Below are positions 13,796 to 24,841 of a DNA stretch of 64,000 bases, one piece after another (the first letter of the stretch is position 1; each line of letters starts with the position of its first letter). The DNA is from Gnetum montanum. Its lineage: Eukaryota; Plantae; Gnetophyta. The stretch is from assembly GCA_015680685.1 (NCBI GenBank), contig MNCI01002984.1, positions 586,248 to 650,247 on the forward strand, in the 5' to 3' direction. A model generated the notes under the pieces. The model did no database searches. It saw only the letters and a list, made by a program, of their open reading frames with translations, and had not been told where the DNA came from. The position numbers and the translations under genes were made by a program.

Positions 13796-14926
13796 TGAGG
13801 AACATTGAACTTAGAAAGGGGGATGAACAAGTTCCCTAATAAAAAAAATATCCAACAAAAATCACACATAAGCAAATATGTGGTTCCCCAACTTGGGTAC
13901 TCCACATTCAGAGGAGAGATCACTTGCATACTTTTAGACTTTGTTTCTCTCAAAAGTGATTTGAAGGGTACCACATCCTATGAAAGTTCTAAGCTTTGCT
14001 TTGGAGTGATTTGACATCATGAATCCACTCAACCTTGCAAGGTTCCAACAAGGTTAGAATGTGGTTTACAGGATCCCATAACCTTTACAACTTAAGCTCC
14101 ACTCTAGAGTGTTGTGGTGTCACACCAACACTCAATCCCGTAGGATCCCAACAAGCTCAAGGATGATGCCTTATCATAATAAGCACATCAACCCTAGTGG
14201 GCCAACAAAAAGAGAGAAAAAATCTCAAGAAAAGAATGTAACTAATATATAAATCCTTAACTTTGAGGCACAATTCAATATCACTCAATATGATAACATA
14301 GATGATATGACAATGAAGTACAATAAATAAGCAAATGATATGACAGATTAGGTACACAAGTGCCATATGCAATGATTGCTTTGATATTGAATATTCATGC
14401 ACAACACTTGCATATTTCCCAGGAGAATGAAGTCTCTCTGCCAAAGGAGACGTCTTCATGGAGATGTTTACTTCTCAAATTAGATGTGTACTATTTCTTT
14501 TAGATGTCTTCTTCTGAGAAATTGTCAACTCAGCCAAGATGTCTTCATCTTTAGGGAGACATATTTTTTTAATAGTAGATGTCTATTGCTTCTACAAGAC
14601 ATCTTCTCTGGTTCTTCTACACTTCGACCAAGACATCTTTTGATTCTTGTAGACGTCTTCTTAGTTTTTGGGCTTTACTTTATGAGGATTCCTTTTCTTG
14701 ATATGTTGATCCTTGATCTTGGGAACTTCTTCATTGTTTTGTAGTCTTCATCTTGGTCCTTGATCCCACTTAAGTCCTTGTAGCCCTCATTTTGACATCT
14801 TGTTGTAGCTTTCATTTCTTGGGCTCTCCTTGTGGTCTCCATGTTCTTGTCCTACAAATACAACAACCTCACAAGCAATCTTGTTCTTCATTTTTCTTAG
14901 GGGTTTGACATATCAAAAGGTCAATA
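13796..14926 (-). repeat. 3' LTR of element E
   Basis: Direct repeat of 18179-19452 but lacking ~125 bp; adjacent PPT. Confidence 0.92.
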
Positions 14927-16399
14927 ATCTCCTTCTTTTTGGTGATGTTCAAAACTTTAGAAAATGGGTTAGTAGTCTCTAGAAGGCATCAAGACATAGA
15001 TTTCCAATTATGCTTAAAATATTAGTCAAGTCACACCATAATATAATATTCAATTATTTCAGATTAACCAAACTCTACTACTTTTTGAACATCATAAAAA
15101 AAGAGTGAAGATAGAGTTGAAAATGATTATAAGAAATGCATATGAACTTGAGTATGCTATAGATATAAACATGATACACAATCAGTTAAAAAGTACTCAT
15201 CACTTAACATTTATAGAATAGAATTGAAGAAGTTAAATCAAATAAGTGCTGCCTTTTATTTTTGCATATATAATGTTAGAAATAATGAGGTACAACCCTT
15301 ATATATGAAATCCCAAGATGAAATTTTAGCATTGAAGATTATACAACTTGTCTTTGAGTCAATAAGTCAATACTCATAGATTTATCTAGTATTCTCCTCC
15401 TTTAAACATAAAATGGTAAAGCATAGCAATTTTAGGGTAGGAAAAACAAGTATATATTTCATTTCTTACCAAAAGAGATCATGAATACTTGTTTTAGTTC
15501 CAACTTTTCATTGAACATTGAGATCTTGGGAAATATTTGCAAGAAGGGCCTATGGTACTTAAAAAGATACAAACTACATATAAAAGATCAAATATAAAGC
15601 TCATAGGTAGGTTCATAAAACATATTTAGGTAAGGATTTTAATAAGATTGCACTTTTACTTGCAAAACATTACTAGATGAATAAGCTCTTTCTTACTCAT
15701 TTGTAGCTGAGGGTGATGGAGTGGAATGTCTTGGTTCCTAAGTATATTTTGGTGGAGGTCACAAAAGACTCCCCCTATGCTGGTGGCCTCTTGGATGATA
15801 ATTGATGATAAGAACATAATCCCCCTACATATGTGTAGATTCTAGTACTCCCTTTGATGTCATTTGAATCAACTTGTTCTTTTCAAAGATGATTGTCAAA
15901 GCTCTTTTATCATCAAGGTACTGTTCCTGCCAAGCAACAATGTGATCGAGTATTGAGACTAGAGTCTCTTATTAGTAGTATCGATAGTACTTGCAAAAAT
16001 GTATCTTTAGAAGATTCAAAATTCACAAGTTTCACCAAATGTACCAATTTAAATGCTTAAATACTCCTAAATAAATGAGCTTTGATATCTTAGGAAAGCA
16101 TAATAAATAATGAATAGTTCATCACAAGTTTTTCTTAGATCATGAATTACATGCAAAGGTTAAGGGTCAAAAACCAAGATAGTAAACCAAAAGATGATTT
16201 ACAATAAATTCATTATAAGTTCCACATCACAGACTTCCATAATCAATTGCATCATACTCATATGTACATAAAAGATACCATAAACAATAATTAAAAAAAT
16301 TCTCCTATAAGAGTAGATCTAGGGATAACATGCCATGAATAAAGTAAGCACATATCAAAAGCAATTTAGACTTCCAAACAAAATATAGCAAGGAGATAG

Positions 16400-18133
16400 A
16401 AACTTACCTTTACTTACCTTACTTACAATTGAGAGGAAGAAGACTAATGAAGTTTGAGAGAAGGTTCTCTATCATGAAGTACCTGCTTACCTTTTAGTTA
16501 TTTTTTATTAGATACTTTGTATGATGACTCTATTTGTTCATGTTCTTTATGAATGATCCTTGATCTCTTATTGTATCATCCATCTCTTTGAGAAAATTTT
16601 CAATTCTTCACTTCTTTTTATTTTGAGCTATTAGTGTCTACAAAATATCCTTACTAGAACCTTTTTGACAAGACCAAGAATTAATCTTATTTTGATCATC
16701 ATGTGAATAACCAAAGTGTTGTTTATTACCAAAATTTTTACAAATAAATAAAGGATTTTCCTCATGAAAATCACGATCAAATTTGACTATGATCAAGCTT
16801 GAGCTTGTATCTCCTTGTGAGATTATTTCTAAATTGTTTGGCTATTTTTCATGAGTCTCTCCTTCTTAAAAATTTTTGCAATCCTTATTTAAAGGGGTTA
16901 GTTGTTGAATCTTAGCCTTTATATTTAAGATTTCTCCTTTTACTTTGGCATGAATTGCATCAAGCTTCATATTCAAAAATTTCTTTGCTTTCCTAATTAA
17001 ATAATGTAGAAAAAGAATTTCTTCTCTTAATTCACTATACCTTTCATCATACTTACCACTAGGTTTAGTAGCATATAGTAAGTTTCCATTTGTAAGAGCC
17101 ATGCATATGAGCTGAGAATCTTTGGTAGAGACATATAATTCTTCTTCACCTTGCTCATAGTCATCTCAACTTGTATAGAAGTTGGTCTTTTTTAACTCGT
17201 CATCATCTTTGTCCTTTCATTGCCATCTACTATTACTAGGACATTTAGAGGGCACATGGCCTCTTCCACCACATACCCAACATTCTATAGAGGAAAAATC
17301 AAAATTAGAATTGAAATTTTTTTTACTTCTTTCCCTACCTCTTTGTTAAGTGAAGTGCTTGCCCCTTTTTGCCATGAGTCTTTGTAGCCATCTAGAGAGA
17401 AGAGCTATCTCCTCTTAATTACTCACGTCTTGCTCTATAGGTTCTTTTTCCTTTGTGGCTAATTTTAGAACAATAGGCTTTTCTTATATAGTGCCTTCAC
17501 TTATGATATTCATTTCATAAGCAATGAGAACACTTTGAAGGTCTTCAAATTTAAGTTTTGAAAAATCCCTAATTTCTTCCATTGCAGTCATCTTTGATGT
17601 GAATTTCAGTTGTAAAGTCCTAATCATTTTTATAATAACATTGCTTTTGGGCAAATCTTTACCAATCAATACCTTTGATGGCCACAATAAGATCATTTGC
17701 TCTAGAGAAGTAATCTTTTATTTTCTCACCTTCTTTCATTTTGAGCTTATCATACTCACTTTGTAAAACTAACAATTTAGATTGTTTAACACTTGAGGTT
17801 CCTCCATATGTAGCCTCTAAAGTTTCCCAAATTTCTTTGGCCATTTTACAACTAGCTACTCTATTAAATTATAATTTATTCAAAGCATAGTATAAACAAT
17901 TGTTTTCTTTTTAATTAAGCATAAACTTATCTTTTTCTTCTTAAGTCCATTTGTTCTAGGACTTGATGGCTCTTGTTGTGCCATCGATGGGTGGTATGTA
18001 GCCTTCAAGAATGGATTCCTAGACTTCAAATTCCATAGATTTGAAGAAGCCCTACATCCTTGCTTTCAAATAGGTGAAGTTGAATCCATTGAACATGGAT
18101 GGCTTTATGTATGAGGTTCCCTCCATTGTTCAT
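16400..18133 (-). pseudogene. Copia gag of element E with zinc knuckle and C-terminal extension
   Basis: AKEIWETLEATYGGTSSVKQSKL...KMKEGEKIKDYFSR (Copia gag); CWVCGGRGHVPSKC knuckle at ~17242-17283. Confidence 0.88.
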
Positions 18134-18178
18134 TCTTGGAAGATATAGAGTGTAAGAGTACCAGGCTTTGATACAACT

Positions 18179-19452
18179 TGAGGATCGTTGGACTAAGAAG
18201 CAGTGGAGGGGGGAGGGGGGAGTGTGCAGGGGTGGTGGGTGTAAATAAGTTTCCCAATAAAAAAAATTCAACACAAAGCACACACAAGTAAATACCTAGT
18301 TCCCCAACTTGGGTACTCCATACTCATAGGGTAGATCACTTATACACCTCTAGACTCTATTTCTCTCAAAAGTGGTTTGAAGGGTACTACACCCTATACA
18401 AGTTCTAAGCTCCTCTTTGGAGTGATTCAACACCATGAATCCATTCAATTTCACAAGGTCATAATAAGCTTAGAATGTGGTTTCTATGATCACACAACCT
18501 TTACAACTTGAGCTCCCCTCCAAACTATTGTGGCACCACACCAACACTCAATCCTATAGGATCCCAACAAACTCAAGGATGATGCCTTCTTGTAAGAAGC
18601 ACATCAATCCTAATGAGGTAAAAGAAAAAAGAAAAACAAAATCTCAAGGAAAAAATGTAACTAATTTATAGATCCTTGACTCTGAGACACAGTTGAATAT
18701 CACTCAATACACTAGCACATATGATATGACAATGAAGTACAATACAAAAGCAAATGATATGATAGATTAGGTACACAAGTAGAGTATGTAATGATTACTT
18801 TGATATTAACTATTCATGCATAACACTTGCACATTTTCAAAGAGAATGAAGTATTCTTATAGCCTTGATTTTTTTGAAATCACCTTGAAATTTATGCAAT
18901 GACTATCTAATGGTCATTGGAGACATCTTCTTCAAGATTGGGATGTCTCACTACATGGACCTCAATTTAGAGGAGATGTCTCTCCACTAAAGGAGACATC
19001 TTGTAGGAGGAATCTACTGTTTCTTGTAGATGTCTTCTTCTAGGAAACTTTCAACTTGGCCAAGATGTGTTAATCTTCAAGGAGACATCTTCTTTTGATA
19101 GTAGACATCTATTGCTTTTGCAAGATGTCTTCTCTAGTTCTTTTGCACTTTGGCCAAGATGTCTTTTGATTCTTGTATACATCTTTTCATTTTTTGGGCT
19201 TTTCTTTTTAAGGATTCCTTTCATTAATATGATGATCCTTGATCTTGGAAACTTCTTCATTTTGCTATAGTCTTCATCTTTATCCTTGCTCCCACTTAAG
19301 CCCTTGTAGTCTTTATGTTGACATCTTGTTATAGCTCTCATTTCTTGGGCTCTCCTTGTGGTCTCTATGTTCTTGTCTTGCAAATACAACAACCTCACAA
19401 GCATCCTTGTTCTCCATTTTTCTTAAGATTTTGACATACCAAAAGGTCAACA
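18179..19452 (-). repeat. 5' LTR of element E
   Basis: TG...CA termini, adjacent PBS, TSD at the outer end. Confidence 0.92.
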
Positions 19453-20439
19453 TTCATGTGCAACTAGATTATAATCTGTAGATAGATAATATAAGTATAC
19501 TGATAGTTAATGTTACATTTATTATTGTTGTCTTTCCACTTAGAGTTAGCAAGGTGCAAATCATATGGTTTAACTCTTAGCAAGATATATGATGTACTAA
19601 TGTTGTTTGGATTGAAATATGCTAAGTGTCAAAATTATAAAAATGATTATAGATGCTAATGCTAGCTATCGACAATAAGTATTTTTTCCTAGTTTTCTAT
19701 ACATGTCTTGGGCTAATGTAACTATTGCTAGGATTACCAAGTAACTTTACTAATGAGAAAATCAAGCAAAGTCACTGCTAGGTTACCAAAGAGTTATCCT
19801 TTATGCTCAAAACAAGGTGTACTTATTCCATCTTACTAATAGACATAGAACATGTAAATGACTTAAGCAAAGTAAACATTACGGAAAAGTAAAATTATGC
19901 TAAGTTAAATTATGTAATGATGAAGAATAATTTTGATCTTTATTGTTAATCATGAATTATATCCAAGAACAATTCACTTGAGTAAAGATTTCATACAATA
20001 GTAATTCACCACATTGTAGGCATTCACTCAAACTCAAACTCATGAAAATAAATTACAAGAGTTTTGCTAAATGCTGGCAAAAAGTTGTTGTTTTGACACA
20101 ATGGTGGATTGGTATTTATAGGCATGACCATGGTCCACTAGATTGCATCTACAATGATGTATACAGAGCTATGATATTGTAGATATGGTATTATCATCTG
20201 CAAACAAAAAGATTTTATCATACCCCCATGAATGATTGAAAACTCATCCTCCAATTAAAGAAAAAAGAAGATAGAGTTCCTTACAAAATTATGGATTCAT
20301 ATACAGAATTTGATATTATGACTCCTATATACATTATTGACTCTACTTAATCCCACATTGTTGTTCAAGTGGTGTTTACAAAATTATCATGCAACCCATG
20401 ATTGTTACATATAATAAAAAAACAACCCAAAAGAAAACA

Positions 20440-22794
20440 AAATAAAATAAAGCTCAATTTTTGGAGGGTCTTTGTGGCCTCACATAGCTCCTCCCTATGC
20501 ATCTCTCCATCCTCAGCTTGAGGAGGGGCCTCCTCTCGTACTGCTTCCGCCGCTGCTCTAGCAGCCCTTTCTCCTAATTTTGGCAATTTACAAACATAGC
20601 ACATTAGTACATATTAGTACACATTAGTGCATTAATATAACGTAGCAAAAAACATAAAAATATAGACATAAAAAATGTACAAAATTAATGCATATGATGA
20701 AGTACATATACTAATCTACAACCTCTGTGCGTAAGCCATGAAGCTTAAGGTGGAGTTTCTTGCCACTTACCTTTCCAACCTTAGAAGTAGCCTCCTTTGC
20801 AAGGCGTGGCCTCTTGATCTTCACTTTGGACTGTCCCACCATCTTCGCAATATAGTAATTAGCATTGTTCACATTTCCAGTGACAACTGGGGGACCCTCG
20901 CCTGTGCTATCATGTGAATAGTGTGACCACCCCAAAGCACCTTTAGTCATAATTGAATACAACTCATTGATCCCTTCTAGGGGGTTCTACGCATGAGTGG
21001 TTGTGAACATATGCTTTACCCAATACTTCGATAGCTGCTCACAATCTTGCATGATCCATCGCCCACCATCATGTACCACTAAGAGCTCTATGAACCTTTG
21101 TAGATACCCTGCAAAGAATGTGAAGTGTACGTGAGACCTCACTTGGTAATCTCTACATGTAGGCCAGTGGCAATGTAGGAGGCCTAGTTGGACCTCGCGC
21201 CCTCCTATAGTATCTTTTTCATAACCCATGCCTACTCCACCCCAAGGATTTTCCCTTGGCAGAGTAACTTTGGGAAGGCATGGGCACAAAAAAGGGGGTA
21301 GAGCTCCCAAACCTCAAACACAAGCATGTTTTTAATGGCTATGTCCTTGTGAGATCAAGTGGCCCCTAACCAACCCTTGACCTCTCCTCTTTGGTCCACC
21401 TCCTTGTTGGCCTTATCAACAACCAATAGGCCATTAGTGGGGAGGCCAAAGAGGTCAACAAAAAAGGCCTCATTAAGGTCTAGAACTACCCTCACATCGT
21501 GCACTTGAGTGATAAAGTGATAAACATTGCTACTGAAGGAGTCTATGATGGTGACTATTTTGGCCATCGAAATGCTTGGGCTAAGGGCCAAGAAAAGGTC
21601 CATCAACCTAGCATGTGTGGGCTTACTAGTCGACGCTTTTCAGGCCTAGTGGTACAACCAATAATGCACATCCTCTACATCACCATATTTCATGATGAGG
21701 GTGGCCTAAGCGCAGCCTGTGGTGACCACCGTCACTTGTCTTAAAGCAACTACCACTACAATAAAGGAAAAAAAATGTTAACACCATGCAAAGACAAATC
21801 AACGAGCACATGTGAGTAAGCACAAGAGCCAAAATAGTAAATGCTTATGCAGAACAAATGATGTATGGGATGGAGGTGGTGGTGCAAGCATCTCCTTGAA
21901 GTTGAGCTCACCACTCATACACTCCTCATCTAGCCAATCATGGATTTTCCCCACTCGAACACTCTTGGGTATCAAGTAGGGTAGGACCTTAGATCAACTC
22001 TCACTTGCTCAATTATGGCCTCCCAAAAGTTTGGACTAGAGGAGAATAAATTTAGGGTGGTAGGAGTCAAGGAAAGAGTATCCTCCTCATTGTGTAAGCC
22101 CTACTCATCAACTCTAAATCTAGCAATAAGCATGAGTGATTAGTAACCTATCATGAGCGAATAATAAAGGAACACATTGCAAAAAACCATAAGAGCACTT
22201 ATCCTCCAACAAAGTATATAGTTCCAGGTGGGTTTTGAAACAAAGTGTGCATGTGTAGAGCAACAAAGAGGGTGTTTCTCTTATTGTAGCAAGAGAACTC
22301 TGGCATCTGCCAAATCCTAAGATAAGGGTCAGGCATCCCTAGAACCTTTGCCCAAACCACCTGCCCTATCATCACTAGTAGTGGGCTCATTGGACATGAA
22401 TCTCAATATGTCCTGGTTAGCCTTGGGCAGCAATGTCTCGGTGACAATGCTTGCAGCCTCCACTGCTAAGTGTGACCACATCATTATCCTAAAGTTCTAT
22501 AGTAGGAATTCTAGGAACTCGCATGTCCCTAGCTAGAACCACACTACCTAAGAACCCACCTACATATTTGGTGTAGGTGTGTTGGAAACATGCTCACTCA
22601 TGTTGCAAAGAATGCCAACGAGCTCCACGACAACTAGGATGGGCTTCAATAACACCTTTTAACTGCAAAATTAATGAACAAAGCGTTAGTACACATATAG
22701 TAGATGCAAATTTTTGACAAAAATTTATTAAATCAAACTTAGCAAAATTATTATAATGTTAGCAAAAAAATATCTTAGGGCCCCTAGGCCCCAT
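20440..22794 (-). pseudogene. Decayed accessory gene with apparent introns, upstream of the PPT of element D
   Basis: GC-rich coding-like blocks (FVDLFGLPTNG; GARSN*ASYIATGL; FFAGYLQRFI) separated by ~80-125-bp AT-rich segments with branch point/acceptor motifs. Candidate start ATGGGGCCTAGG. Confidence 0.55.
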
Positions 22795-24624
22795 GGGTAT
22801 AGGGCATAAACAAATACATTTGATGCACTTGGTATTGATTGGGGTACAACATGTTCGCATAGGATTAGCATCTCATTTTACAATTTGCAAGTTTAGCATC
22901 ATTGGTGTTATCATAGTTTGCATGTTTTGGCAGTCTAGCATTGTTTCGATTTGTACATTTAATCTAGCATCAATTACAATTCACAAAATTTTCAAAAATA
23001 TCTTTTCTAAGTTCAGAGGGTGTAGTCTAGGATGTTGCAAATTTTTCCTAACTCTAGGTTACCTCTGAGAGCATAGTCTAGAAACATCGTAATTTTTTAT
23101 AAATTTGGATCACCTTGACTACACTTTGGAACACTATAGAGCATAGTCCCAAATTGCAAAAAATTCTAACTGCCAACCACGCCCCCCATGAAGTGGAGTC
23201 CAGAAAAAAGAAACTATTGGACAAGCCATTTCGATAAACACTTAGCATCAACTACACCTCCAAGATGGGAGCGTAGTCTTGATTGTGGCCAATGAACTAA
23301 GGTTTGGTTTCCATCCCAACGTTCTCTTCTCCTCCATTCACTATGCCTTGCTACAGTGTTGTACATTGCCTCACTAGTTACTTTTATCACGCATGCTAGG
23401 TGCTCACTGTGGCCACTGTTCTTCCAGTCGTGACACCTAACATACACTGCGACCATGCTTCCAAACACCAATAGCATCACTCTTATGCTATGCTTATTAG
23501 AGCCCCTTAGAAAAACTAAAAATAAAAAGAAAAATCCAAAAATGCATCTTGGTGCTGCATGCCTCATAGCTCCCCTATGGCCCCTACGATCGCATAGCCA
23601 TGACGTAGGACACGATGCCCTCACAATGTCCACAGTCCCTTCACCACCAATGCATGTCTGGCTCTCCTTGCCACACATCCTCCTTTAAAACAAGAAAAAA
23701 GAGAAAAAAATCTAAATTACAGAGCCCTACCATGCCATTCCCCCTATGAGCAGCGGCTACCGCTGTGGCCAAACCCCAATCTATTGTGCCACATCATAGA
23801 AAAATAAAAAAAATCTTAAAAAAAAATTGCAAAAAACCTTGTAGCTTTCCCATGTGTGATCACAGTAGCTACTATTATAGCCACGAACCTCATAAAACCC
23901 CTACAAAAAAAAAATAGTTGTGATCAAGACCACTAAACCTCTGTGCTCATTGTCGATCTGCCATGTAATCACAAAACCAATCACAAATAAAATCCTTGCT
24001 CCCCATGTGCATGCCCCTCCCTAGCTATGGAGGCCACAATGGCCACAATGGGAGTGGCCCTTACCACAGTAGGCCATCATCCATAACCAAGCCCCAAACC
24101 CTTGAATGCAGAAGGCCAAGCCAATGAAAAAACAAAAAAGGGAAGAGCATGGTTGGGTTACTTAGCAGATGGTGTCATCCTTCGTTCTTCCACGCATGCC
24201 CACGGTAGGTAACCTAATGCCTATTCTCCCTCATCCACATTTGCTAGTCTAAGGTGTTGGGATCCACTTTGGTGGTGGCTCCTCTTGGTGGCAACTATGC
24301 TCTTCAAAAATAGTGTGCTGTGCTATGAAAGTTTGCATTTTTCAACTTTGAAAATGACAGACTTACCCAAGGTGAAATGTGCTTTTATACCTCTCAAGCC
24401 CACTTAATGATTTACCAACCTCAGAATTATGCTTAACCCTATCTATGCAGAGCGTAGTTGGGTGGGAACATAGTTACTAGACTTAAATTTTTTTTGATTT
24501 TTCTAACTATCCCAGATTTAGAAAAATTTTAAGTTTTTTTCTCACTACTTAGTGAATGCCTAGTCTAACTTCGCATCCCAAGCACTCATGACCTTGTCCA
24601 AGATGCTACATCTAGTGCATACCA

Positions 24625-24715
24625 TAATCTGTTAAGACCTTAAATTGGCACCCTAAGGTCCGCTAAGACCCTAAACTCACACTTATGGCCTACGAGGCCT
24701 AAAACTGGCACCAAC
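24625..24715 (+). repeat. Three decayed copies of the ~30-bp unit also found in the 28380-29065 array
   Basis: ctgttaagaccttaaattggcac, ccgctaagaccctaaactcacac, ctacgaggcctaaaactggcac. Confidence 0.7.
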
Positions 24716-24841
24716 ATGCTTACTTTAATAATGCATGTGTACACTAAGGCAAAATATTTATTGCATTGCTTTCCTCCATTTTGTGCATATCGACTTCATT
24801 GAGATAGGTGCAGCTTGACATTTTTTTGTTTATTTTTGTAG

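Larger units (their letters stand above)
13796..19452 (-). mobile_element. Element E: non-autonomous gag-only Copia (SIRE-like, TR-GAG-like)
   Basis: LTRs 13796-14926 and 18179-19452; perfect TSD TTCAT (13791-13795, 19453-19457); decayed tRNA-iMet PBS ~18164-18176; PPT ~14927-14940; gag present, no pol motifs recognised. Confidence 0.92.
13743..20220 (-). repeat. 3' LTR of Athila-like element D, split by element E (pieces 13743-13795 and 19453-20220)
   Basis: Minus strand TGATAAAATC...CTCATCA, ending like the A and B LTRs. A PPT-like gaggatgagttttc...gggggta lies at 20221-20250; TATA-like cctataaata near 20115-20122. Confidence 0.75.

Noticed and set aside
23214-23688. Overlapping 154-aa and 77-aa ORFs as real genes
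   Set aside because: They cross AT-rich intron-like tracts and show no domain; probably chance ORFs in a GC-rich TE segment.
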